This document shows, piece by piece, positions 26,010 through 38,119 of a stretch of DNA of 64,000 bases. A program made the translations under genes and the position numbers. Origin of the DNA: Haliotis rufescens (taxonomy: Eukaryota); the NCBI RefSeq assembly GCF_023055435.1, contig NW_025964372.1, positions 19,406,001-19,470,000 of the forward strand, written 5' to 3'. Below the pieces are notes generated by a model. It ran no database searches. It saw only the letters and a program-made list of their open reading frames with translations, and had not been told where the DNA came from. Every line of letters starts with the position of its first letter. Within the stretch, counting starts at the first letter, position 1.

Positions 26010-26515
26010 CAGAGCTCCAGATAAGCTTTTGGTGTTGTGGGTATTTTACCCATGCATTTTAAAATCATTGGGTATCAGTAATTCTACCTGCGTATTCAAA
26101 TTTCTGTTACCCACTTGTTTTTACACATGTGGGTATTTAAGTTAAATATTCAAAAACACTATTCATCTGGTCCCTGCAAACTGGTGTCGTGTGGGTTCGA
26201 GAGCTTTATAGGACTCAAAAATACCACGATACTTCCACAAGAAAGTGTGATGGCAAATGATCATGATGTAACTGTCATCGTGGAGTTTGGCAAGGTTGAC
26301 GGAATGCCCCTTTATAATTTCAAAATAAGTTGTTGATTTGCTAATCGAATACGCAGGGTTACTTCACAATATTTTGATGATACGCACAAGTTTTATTTTT
26401 GTAGCGTATCTGTAATGTTCGTTGCGTATTTGATACGCTTGGATTATATTTTACTGTGTATGTCTGCATTTCTGATGCGTATTTCACGCAGATACGCAGC
26501 TTATCTGGAGCTCTG
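26010..26515. mobile_element. hAT-like MITE, 17-bp perfect TIR, apparent 6-bp TSD
   Basis: TIR CAGAGCTCCAGATAAGC at both ends; AGGAGG on both flanks; clustered GGGTA/TACC motifs at left and GCGTA/TACGC motifs at right. Confidence 0.8.
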
Positions 26516-27476
26516 AGGAGGTACAATCAACTGAGAAAGAAGAAGCCATGGCGACGGGTATTGGACACACCAACATTTCAGTAGCCATAAAGCCTCTTCT
26601 GTTACACTTAGCATGATCCTCGGAGGATTTATGGACAAGAGAGATAACTCGCTGAATATTTCACCTCCGTAGATTTGTTTGTTGTTTAACACCGCACTTA
26701 GCAAATAATCAAGTCTGGACCAGACAATTTAGTGATTGACATCATGAGTATCGATTTACACAATTGGGTAATGATGACGTGCTTCAACAAAGTCAGCAAT
26801 CCTGACCAACCGATCCTGTTTACAAGCATAGACGCCTGTTAGGGCAAGCATGGCTTGGTAAATACCTATTCTATCCCGGATCTTCACGGGTGTAGAGAAC
26901 AAGAGAACTTTCATGACTTATAAACATGACCGACAAGGTGAAGGTTTGTGCCTCCAGATGAAATTTCTGATTCTAAATAAAATATAAAATATTCTGACTA
27001 AATCAAGACTAAATGATTACCTAAGAATGCTGGCCGTTAAAGCCCTGTGAAACCTCATATAACACATTTCTTCTTTTGACGGGGAAACCAGGACTTGCTA
27101 GTTACAAGATACCAAGATAGAATATTTGGTTGATAATCATAATTTAGAATTTTTTAAAATGTAACTGCTGAACATAACTATTTTTAATCAAGTTATAAAT
27201 ATGCCTCTCTTTACAAAATATGAAACATGGGGGCTTTATGATTATTGGCGCAGGCGTTGCCCAGTCGTCGAAGGCGCAGCAGTTCAATATGCAGATGTTG
27301 ATATGTTTAAATTTGTGCAGTTTTGAGCATTTTGTGGGGTTTTCTCTTTCATTACTGTTCACCAGGCCTACGAGGACATTTAGTCATTCATGAATGGAAT
27401 GTTTGCTGTTGTATTTACACAGCAACAGTTTGGTCCTTCGTCTGCGTACTTTGGTTTCGGGGGTGGAATAAATGGT

Positions 27477-27740
27477 AAGACTTCCGCCCGTATTCCCCCT
27501 AAAAAATATATATGATAGAAATGATTGAGCCGCAATGCATAGGAGATATGTTTTGGAGGGGGTATATGGGCGGAAGTCTTTCCTAATAATTCTTTTTTGG
27601 GGTAAAAACATGTTCACAGGTCTACTAAATTGCCCGAACCAAGTCCCTCTACGGGTGCCATGAAATTGTGTCACGTTCACCCAAACAGTGCCCCGCGTCG
27701 ATCAATAAAGATCATGTGATCAAAGTGCCCACGTGACACG
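27477..27740. promoter_or_regulatory. Putative promoter of the MYORG-like gene
   Basis: Inverted repeat with CGGAAGT/GGGCGG motifs (27477-27580), E-boxes TCATGTGA and CACGTGAC (27712-27737), and a candidate non-coding exon donor aag|gtttgt near 27868. Confidence 0.4.
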
Positions 27741-28090
27741 TACAGGCTCAAAGCTGCGCTTCAACAGCAAGTACCGTACAAAGAAAGTCATTGAGGCTAT
27801 AACAGAGGTTGAAAATCTCACAAATTCTTGCACGCGATTTACTTGCAAACATCTCAAATAAAGAAAAGGTTTGTATTCTGTCACACTGTTGTGTTGAATC
27901 TTGATTATGTTATGTAATTCCTAAGGGCTTCTTCCATATACACTGAAAACAGTTGTCTACGAAATTAGTATAGAAACATTAAACCCTATATGGGCCCCAA
28001 ACCCAAACTATTAATAGATACTAAACATTCTAGTTCCGGTTCCGGCTAGGAAGTCAACTCGTGTTGTATCTCAGAAACGTGTGTCTGAAA

Positions 28091-31000
28091 ATGGCAATTC
28101 CAAAACGGAAAATGGGAAGATTACTTAAAATAAGTGGTGTAATTGTGGTTTTAGCATTAGTACTTTTGATATGCCGCTCTTTAATAAGGAAAAAGCCAGT
28201 CCTCGATATAGATCTGAATCTTTTTGACTTTAGACACAAGTTGGGCCATGTTTATTTTGACTACAGCCAGAGAACCATCACTTTCTCCGAACATAATGAT
28301 GGTGACTCATATTTAACAGTAACTTTTCCTCAAGAACTACAAAGTGCGCCTGACTTGACTTGTGATTCGAAAGATTCAAACAGCCTTTGTTTAAAATGGC
28401 TGCACAGAGGAAAGTTGGAGATAAAAGAGTCCATTTCTCAAAATGCAAGGTGTTATAATATTGTTTGGACGCCCAAGAACAATGGTTTTGTGCCCTATGA
28501 CTGTTTCCCTTTATCAGACGCCCACTGGTACGGGGGAAGTGCACATTACACACATGACTGGCCAGTAGAACAGCTGAGTGTCCCGCTACAACCCTACATA
28601 TCATCACCTCTCCACGTTTCCAGGGAAACGGGCAAAGAAGTGTTTGGTCCTGTTCTTGAGCGATACTGGTTCAGTTCAAAAGGAGTAGGGGTGTATGTTG
28701 ACAATTCTGTTCCTTTGCATGTGGGCATCAACGACAACAATAGTAACAAGATGTGTTTTAAAGCATCGTATATCACAAACCGTTTCCAGAATCCTGAAAA
28801 TCTTCCACCAATTTTGCGGTATTTTGTGTGTAAGGCTAATAATGCTAAAGAAATCCATGAACATATGTATAAAAAATGTTTTAAAGTTCCCACTCGCATA
28901 CCAGATGAATTGAGAATGCAAAATCCCATGTGGACATCTGCGAAATTAAGAGACCAAACTAAACAATCAACTGTGTTAACTTACACAAATGAAATCAGCA
29001 AAAATAAATTTCCTAAAGGTTTCTTTGAACTTTATGGCAGATATTTCAGAGCATATGGAGATTATAATTTTGATGATAAAAAGTTTCCAAATGCACATCA
29101 AATGATTGGAGAACTGAAGTCCTCTGGTTTTGAAATCGGAACATGGGTCACCCCTTATATGGATCTTAAGTCACTCCATGCTGAAACTGGGAAGAAAAAT
29201 GGATATTTTGTTCATGATGCTGACTCGGAGACATTGCCAGCCAGCATAGCTTGGAATGGCAATGTATCTTTGTTTGTTGACTTTACAAATGAACAAGCTT
29301 ACAAGTGGTTCCATGATATACTGGAAAATATACAGAAAGATTACAGAAATACTGCTTTTGTATTTGATGGAGGCGAGTCTTCGTCCTTTGATCTCAGTCA
29401 GTCAATGAAGACTTTTATTCACAATCCGTGTGAGTACAGCACTAAGTATGTGGAACTTGCTGCCAGTCTGGGAGACAAAGGGACAGTGAAGGTTGGATAC
29501 CAATCCCAGCAGTATGCCATGTTTGTCGAGATCACAGACAGACAGTCCAGCTGGGACTACAACAGTGGACTCAAGTCAATCATCCCGACTGTTCTAACTT
29601 ACGGTCTCCTCGGTTACCCTTTTATCAACCCTGGTCCTATTGGTGGAAGGGGAAGTTTTTCTCTGAAGCCGTTCAAAAATGAAAGTTTTGAATCCAAAAT
29701 TCTGCCCGAGTCCGAGCTGTATGTGCGATGGATGTTGCTGTCAACTTATTTACCCATCATGCAGTTCTCCTATGCCCCATGGGAATACAACAACGAAACA
29801 ACACTATTAGCTCTTCAACTTGTTCAATATCATCAAAATAAGGTCTTCCCACTACTAAAGGCTGCTGCGAAAGAAGCAGAAGTGACAGGTAATATGCTTG
29901 ATCAGTTTCGACAGTTCCATATATATGAGGGGGGTGCACGGGTGGCCCTGTCATCAAGGGCACTTCCATTTGCTATGTAGGGTTACATCCCTTGTGCAAA
30001 CCCCAAACCTATGATTGTGGGTTAAAAGCCCAGTTCGCTCTAGTTATGTTTCTAAGTTTGTAAGCATCATACGAAATAAGTGGAACAATGTTCAAAACGG
30101 CAGTAAGTCCAACTCACACATTAGGACAAATTTAGTTGGTTTACAGATTTTTATTCAACAAATACTTGAACACAGGAGAGTAAAAAATAAAAACTTTCTG
30201 AACTCAGTATGCTCAATATGCTCAAAGACTAAATTTGTTCACCTGTGAAGATCCGGGCTAGAATATGTCTTCAGCAACCCATGTTTGTTGTAAAAGGTGA
30301 AAATGCTTGTTGTAAGAGTCGACTAATGGGATCAGGTGGTCAGAATCTCTGACTTCACATCCCAATGGTGTAGATCGATGCTCATGATATCAATCACTGG
30401 ATTGTTTAGTCCAGACGTGATTATTTACAGACTGCCGTTGCTGAGTGCGACGTTAAACAACAAACAAACACACAGACAAAGAAAACTAAATTTTGTTACT
30501 GCATTGTACCTATTGACACATTTTCTTGTTTGGGTTATTATAATTTGAGACTAAACATGCTAAAACCTGGAGAGAACATACACTGTGAAAATGTTAAAGT
30601 AATTATATATATTGGGATAATAGGCTACTGAGACAAATATTTCCTATTATGCAATTTGTAAATTTCTGTTGAAGTTTTGACTTGACACAAAACTACTGGT
30701 GCATCTGCAAAATAAGTAATAAAGTTGGTCTTGCTTTATGATGAGATGTAATGGTTGATTGTTACAAGTAAAGGCTGTGTGTTCAATACCAGGGATTATC
30801 AAGGTTTTTAAAGTTAGTGCCCCTGGCAGGCAAATTGGGAAAAACATTGTTACTTTGTTTGAAATAGGGATTTTTTAAAGTTATTTTTTTCTTAAATTCA
30901 GATGTTTGCCTATTGTAACATTGAATTTTGAGATTGCATTCAATGCGATCATCATGATAATATGTAACTAAGCATAACAACCTCTTCCTATTTATTTGTC

Positions 31001-32085
31001 CTGTTATCAGCATGATCAGTGAAATACACTTTATCTCTACGAAGCCATAACATTATCTATTTGTTTTAGATATTAACATAAATTGGGAAACTTTTAATTC
31101 CATTTTGCAAATTTCTACTGTCATTTTCTGCAGACATGGGGCTGAATTCAGGCCATTGAGCAGGTCCAGATAAATCTCTTAATAAACAGCAACCGTGACA
31201 GATTAACAATAGACCTTTGAAACAATTGTGTGTTCTTCAGCTTCTTTTGAGTAGTGTATATTCAAAATCGATAGGCTCAGGATATTTATTAGTCTGTCTT
31301 ACAGACCCTGATACAAATATATATATCAAATACAGCCCATGCAAGTCTATAATGTTTGGCAAGTCTAGATTACTGCAGTATCTGAAAATGAAGAGAGTCA
31401 CTGGGCTCCCTTTTATTATATTTTTATTAAGATAACTGAACAACTGTTTTTTCTGTACATGTTCATTTCAGAGACTAGATGTTAGTCTAGATATTTTAGT
31501 CTGTCTCACAGACAATGATACAAATATATATCAAATACAGCCCATGCAAGTCTATAATGTTTGGCAAGTCTAGATTACTGCAGTATCTAAAAATGAAGAG
31601 AGTCACTGGGTTCCCTTTTATTATATTTTTATTAAGATAACTGAACAACTGTTTTTTCTGTACGATATGTTCATTTCAGAGACTAGATGTTAGTCTAGAT
31701 ATTTATCACAACAGAATTGAGACTGAATACGCTGGATTCAGATAAACACACAACATGAACACAAAAGTGTGGCATTCTAGGAAGGAATAAATTGTTGCAA
31801 CTTTCTGTCTTGTCAGGGATGCCAATTATTCGGCCAGTCTGGTGGGTGGCACCAGAGGACATCGTTGCCCAGCGGGTCGACTGTGAGTTCTTGGTGGGGG
31901 ATGCCCTCCTGGTGGCGCCAATACTGGAGAAGGGGGACAGGGAGCGCCAGGTGTACCTTCCAGCTGGGAGCCGGTGGAAGGATAATCTACGACAAAAACA
32001 TTATGATGGCGGACAATGGCTGGAGCATTATCGCGTAGAGCTGATGGAAATTGCAACTTTTGAGCGAGAAAAAACTCCTTTGTGA
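28091..32085 (+). CDS. MYORG: MYORG/KIAA1161-like GH31 type II membrane glycosidase (688 aa, 2 coding exons)
   Basis: Exons 28091-29888 and 31817-32085 (phase 1). N-terminal TM helix; HWYGG, GPVLERYWFSSKG, VDFTNEQA, FVFDGGE, TDRQSSW, GLKSIIP..L..GLLGYPF, ELYVRW, MQFS, PIIRPVWW, LVAPILEKG...VYLP. May be a paralogue rather than the orthologue. Confidence 0.88.
29929..30120 (+). mobile_element. SINE family C remnant at the start of the MYORG intron
   Basis: ggggggtgcacgggtggccctgtcatcaagg...aaacctatgattgtgggtt; accounts for the spurious C-terminus of ORF 28061-29980. Confidence 0.7.
31288..31703. repeat. ~208-bp tandem duplication in the MYORG intron
   Basis: ttagtctgtct...atcaaatacagcccatgcaagtc...gttagtctagatatt occurs twice (about 31288 and 31496). 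Confidence 0.9.
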
Positions 32086-35000
32086 TTATATTTGGAAGAA
32101 GGAAGAATCTACAGTGTGATGAGTGAGTGAGTGAGTTGTTGACATTGTTTTAATCCTGCTATGTGGTGATTAGCAGACACTGATCAGGAGTGCTTTGGGA
32201 TAGTTATGCAGTAAGTGAGTGGTTTTGTGCAGCTTTTACCAACATTCCAGCGATATCATGGCGGGGGACACGTGAAATGGTCTGCACACATTGTACCCAT
32301 GTGGGGAGTCGAACCTGGATCTGCAGCATGATGAGCCAAGGTTTTAACCACTAAGCTACACCACAGCCCACATATTTTGGGAAGTCTGAAGAAATTGTTA
32401 AATGGTCATAGCTTTTGATATCTGAAATTTCATATACAATTTATACTCACCGATTATATTATCTTATAAAATTGGATTTTCTTGATAAGTTTGATTACTT
32501 TTTTCTTATTTTTCTATTTCATGATGGTTTTATGAACAGGCCCAAATGAACTAATTTGGTTACCATGGTTACAAAATTTATTTTTTAGAACAAAAATGTT
32601 TTCTATCCATTGGTAATCATGACAATGTATAGCAATATTTAAGTAAGGTGAATATTGAAGGTGAAGTTAATGAACTTGAGAGAATTGTGAGTGGTTGAGT
32701 TGGTTGAATTTCTGTTATTCAGTAGCATGTCTGGTTATTGTAAAAGGAAAATTAGAAACTTATTGTGCGACTTTTACCATTAGTCTGAAGCCAGTGTCTA
32801 GTCAAATTCTGTTGGTCTAGTAAGCTCAGCAGATAATGATCCATATGATAACACTAAATTCTACTAAATTTTATATTAATAGCCATTTTCAGGTCTTTTT
32901 ATATAAGGAGCCATTTTTGGGTCTCAGGAGTTTTTGGCACAGACTGAAAACATATGAAGACCCTAAATGTTAACTTCAATAGGCCCCACCCCATGAAGAT
33001 CTGGGTTAGAATTGGTCTTCAGCAACCCATGCTTGTCATACAAGGTGACTAACAGGAATGGATGTAAACGTTTCCTGATTGTGTAGATCAGCTGTAGATT
33101 GATGCTCATGATGACAAACACTTGATTGTCTTGTTAAGACTGCTATTGCTTAGTGTGGCGTTAAACAACAAACAAACAAACAAACTAAATACAGCAGCAT
33201 GAACCTAAGTTAACTCTTTCAACACCAGTCAACCAGAAGTGTTTACTACTGGGACACCGAGTTCCCAGAGACTATTGTGTGATAGATGAAGCCAATATTT
33301 ACACCCACGGGTACAAGTTAAAACGGAGCAGCGCAAAACGGACTAAAGAATTAGGTCAAAACGCTCATGAATGAAACTCCCATGGTGCCGGGCCGTCAGC
33401 TGGCTTGGTAAACAGCTCAGTACCGCACTGTCGAGGTTTCAAAAACCTATACATTGTATCAAAAGTGTTACAATGTTCTTATTTCTTCACACAGTGTAAC
33501 CAAATTGTATAAACATCCAACCCGAGTTGATTGTCTTTCCAACAGTATCTAAAGTCAACAATTGGTTGGTTGGTTTGTTGTTTAACAACTGAGGGAAAAT
33601 GTGAGTTTGAGTCATTTGAAACATAATTTGGTAAGCTAGCTAGAGTAGTTGTGAAGCTGGGTTGTTAAAAAATGTAGTAGATATTATTTTTAAATCAATA
33701 CAGAATTATGACATTTTGACCTAGAGATATTTGCCTGTATGCAAGTGAGCTGTGTTTGTATGTACAACATATTACTTGACACAGTTGTGGTCATGCAAAA
33801 AATCATGAGACAAAAATGAAACGAAGAAAAATGTGTTATTACTTAATAATAAATCTGTGTTGTGCATTATTTCTCTAAAACGATATTTATTGATAATATT
33901 ACCAAAAAGATGTAAATAAAAATAATAATTTCAAGCAAACAGCATTTTAATCATGTTAATTGTCATTTTTGTTTTATTTTGGAAAAAAAGGTTAGCCTTA
34001 TGTCATGTAAAAGTGAAACAAAGAATATGTTGGTCTAGACTTAGATAGAAATAGCCATACCCAGCTTAGATGTTTCAAATACCTTTGCCAGAGAGCATTG
34101 CCTTTGTTTTATCAGTATTAACTTGAGACTGTGTTTGTGAAGTTCCTTCAAAGTGCTTCCTATGTTGATCCAAGATGTCAAATATTGCATGAGTGTATAA
34201 CATGATTCTTAACCTAATCTCTTCCGGCTGTCAAGTTAATGTGTTTGATCATATACTCTATGGATATAGAAGAACTGTTGTGAAGTCAGCTGGCTTTCAG
34301 CAGCATTTCATGTATATCACACAATTTATACTACTATGCATTTAATCACATTCATAAAGACCTCACTTTTGAGGGTTTGAGGGCTGGGGCTGCAGTGTGG
34401 TTGTAGGAAGTAGAAAGTTTATGTTGAACTATTGTTTATGCTTATACAATCATTACATGGCATGGTCAGATGATACAAGCCTCCTGATGTGGTAGTTTGG
34501 CTCATCTGTCTTGGATTGCAAGCACATAGGAAAATGTTTGAATCCCCATGTGAGCATATTTTCTGATGACAATTTCTGTTTATCATAGCATGTGACCCCC
34601 TAAACAAGCCCTCAAGAACTTATTTACAACACTCCACCCCTGCCCCCTCCTCCCTTTTGTAGGAACAAGTTTGAATCCCCATCTGAAGCCAATTTCTGTT
34701 TCTCATAGCATGTGACCCCCTAAACAAGCCCTCAAGGGCTTAAAAACAACACCCATATCCACCCCCTCCCCACCCATATCCAACCCCCCCCCCACCTGCT
34801 GACATTCACTCCCCAGTCTCTCTTCTGATCTCTCTACATATTTTGTTACCAGGGTACACTGTACAGGGTGATTTGTACAAAAGGTTTGATTTATGTGCTC
34901 AAACAAAGTGTACAACTCCATACAGTGAAACCTTGATGTCGCCCAGAGTTCTATCCCTTGGTGTTATTTGAGGGGTCTGTCTTTTTAAAAATTAATAATA

Positions 35001-35939
35001 ACCATTAAACATAGTATGATATGATATTCATACAGAATATGCAAAAAACATATTGACAAAATATTATTACATTAATAATGTTTTGTAAATTCAATTTTAG
35101 AATTCAATGACATAATGGATATTGTACATGTTTACATAAATATTTCTGTACAAGTTATTTGCAAGTTCCCTGCCTCAGGGCAATGATAAGACTGTGTATG
35201 TGTGTACTGTACATGTTTTTGTACAATTTTGTTCAAGACAAAATATAAATTTCACGAGTTTTTCAATCCAGTTTTGATTTCATCAGTTATTTTCCATACT
35301 GGAGTAACAAACTTATTATTTTTGCATATTCTATTGGACAATAGTTTTTCAATTGAGAGCCAAAACATTTCGTTTCTCACCTATTTGAATATTGCAGGAC
35401 ACACAGATAAATATATGGCAATTGTTATGTGACATTGCAATTATGTATATTTTTGTTGTTGTATAACTTAATGAACAATTCTATGTTTTACCCTATCATT
35501 CCATGAATAAAGAAGTATTATAATTTGAAACTAACCCCGTGTCTTGTGATTTCACAACATGTAAAATTGATAGTACAATACCCTGTCCCCCGTGGCGATT
35601 CTGGGTTAGATTCAGTCGAGTGGTCAGAATTGGTAACTTGGTTGATTGCGTGTCATGATCCAGTGTGGATCGTAGCTCACAATATCGATCACTTGATTTG
35701 TGGACCTAACTTGTTTATATACAGGCCTCCATCATCTGAGATCTTGTGGGTGTGGTGTGGTACCGGACTGTGTCATCCTGTCACCATGACAACAGTCTTA
35801 GTTTACAACTGCCCCATGGGGATTCTGATATAGTTTGACCCCAGCAACGTCTGTGTGGTGGGTTATCAATGCAGAGTGATGTGTTTACAATAAGATTGTT
35901 ATGATGACACTCGCTGGCCATGCTGTCAACTCTCCTGCC

Positions 35940-37860
35940 ACAGAATCCCCACGGAGAAAAGCATGGGGTACTGGGGACCTACTCTGCCAGGTTATCCCCA
36001 CAGCGAGACCAGCATGGGGTACTGGGGACCTACTGTGCTGGGTATTCCCACTAGGGAGAAAAGCATGGGGTACTGGGGACCTACTGTGCTGGGTAATTCC
36101 ACCAGGGAGACCAGCATGGGGTACTTGGGACCTACTTTGTACTTGGGACCTACTCTGCCTGGTAATCCCCACAGCGAGACCAGCATGGGGTACTGGGGAC
36201 CTACTGTGCTGGGTATTCCCACTAGGGAGACAAGCATGGGGTATTGTGGACCTACTCTGCCAGGTAATCCCACCAGGGAGACCAGCATGAGGTACTGGGG
36301 ACCTACTCTGCCTGGTAATCCCACCAGGGAGACCAGCATGGGGTACTTGGGACCTACTCTGCCAGGTTATCTCCACAGGGAGACCAGCATGGGGTACTGG
36401 GGACCTACTGTGCTGGGTATTCCCACTAGGGAGACAAGCATGGGGTACTGGGGACTTACTTTGCCGGGTAATCCCACCAGGGAGACCAGCATGGGGTACT
36501 GGGGACTTACTTTGCCGGGTAATCCCACCAGGGAGACCAGCATGAGGTACTGGGGACCTACTTTGTACTTGGGACCTACTCTGCCAGGTTATCTCCACAG
36601 GGAGACCAGCGTGGGGTACTGGGGACTTACTTTGCCGGGTAATCCCACCAGGGAGACCAGCATGGGGTACTGGGGACCTTCTCTGCCGGGTAATCCCACA
36701 AGGGAGACCAGCATGGAGTACTGGGGACCAACTCTTCTGGGTAATCCCCACAGGGAGACCAGCATTGGGTACTGGGGGCCTACTTTGTACTTGGGACCTA
36801 CTCTGCCTGGTAATCCCACCAGGGAGACAAGCATGGAGTACTGGGGACCTACTCTGCCTGGTAATCCCCACAGGGAGACCAGCATGGGGTACTTGGGACT
36901 TAATTTGTACTTTGGACCTACTCTGCCTGGTAATCCCACCAGGGAGACAAGCATGGGGTACTGGGGACCTACTCTACCTGGTAATCCCTCCAGGGAGACC
37001 AGCATGGGGTACTGGGGACCTACTTTGTACTTGGGACCTACTCTGCCTGGTAATCCCACCAGGGAGACAAGCATGGGGTACTGGGGGCCTACTTTGTACT
37101 TGGGACCTACTCTGCCTGGTAATCCCACCAGGGAGACAAGCATGGGGTACTGGGGGCCTACTTTGTACTTGGGACCTACTCTGCCTGGTTATCCCACCAG
37201 GGAGACAAGCATGGGGTACTGGGGGCCTACTTTGTACTTGGGACCTACTCTGCCTGGTAATCCCACCAGGGAGACAAGCATGGAGTACTGGGGACCTACT
37301 CTGCCTGGTAATCCCACCGGGGAGACAAGCATGGGGTACTGGGGACCTACTCTGCCAGGTTATCTCCACAGGGAGACCAGCATGGGGTACTGGGGACCTT
37401 CTCTGCCGGGTAATCCCACCAGGGAGACCAGCATGGAGTACTGGGGACCAACTCTTCTGGGTAATCCCCACAGGGAGACCAGCATGGGGTACTGGGGACC
37501 TACTCTGCCAGGATATCCCCACAGGGAGACCAGCATGGGGTATTGTGGACCTTGCCTGTCACATAATCCCCACAGGGAGACAAACATGGGGTACTGGGAA
37601 TCTAGTGTGCCACTTAATCCCTACAGCGAGACAAACATGGGGTACTGGGGACCAACTATTCTGGGTAATCCCCACAGGGAGACCAGCATGGGCTACTGGG
37701 GACCTACTCTGCAAGGTAATCCCCACAGGGAGACAAGCATGGGGTAGTGGGGACCTTGCCTGCCACTTAATCCCTACAGCGAGACAAGCATGGGGTACTT
37801 GGAACCTACTCAGCCACGGAATTCCCACAGGGAGACATGCATGTGATACGTGGGATATAT
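35940..37860. repeat. 51-bp minisatellite (69-bp variant units), about 33 copies
   Basis: Unit GCATGGGGTACTGGGGACCTACTCTGCCTGGTAATCCCACCAGGGAGACCA with an optional 18-bp insert. Gives overlapping repetitive ORFs on both strands. Confidence 0.95.
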
Positions 37861-38119
37861 GAGTGCATAGATTTTAATGGTTCTCAAACAATACCATTCT
37901 AATACTTAAATCGTACAAGACTCAAAGGCATTAGTCACGCGTCTCCAAATATCATTTTTTCCAGATCTACCGCACCTGATGAGCCAGGTATTTGTAGTCA
38001 CATCTCGGGTCTATATATGGACCCCATGTGCTTTTTGGGTGCCTGGTTCCAGAAATAGCAGATAACAGGCTGGGCCTGTCCCACACATGTCCCGCTCCCA
38101 CACCCGGCATTGAACCACC

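Noticed and set aside
29889-29980. C-terminus of ORF 28061-29980 and its GTG start
   Set aside because: Read-through past the donor at 29889 into intron and SINE. The true C-terminus is exon 31817-32085 and the start is the ATG at 28091.
35885-37862. Many overlapping long ORFs on both strands
   Set aside because: Explained by a 51/69-bp tandem repeat that lacks stops in most frames; not called as CDS.
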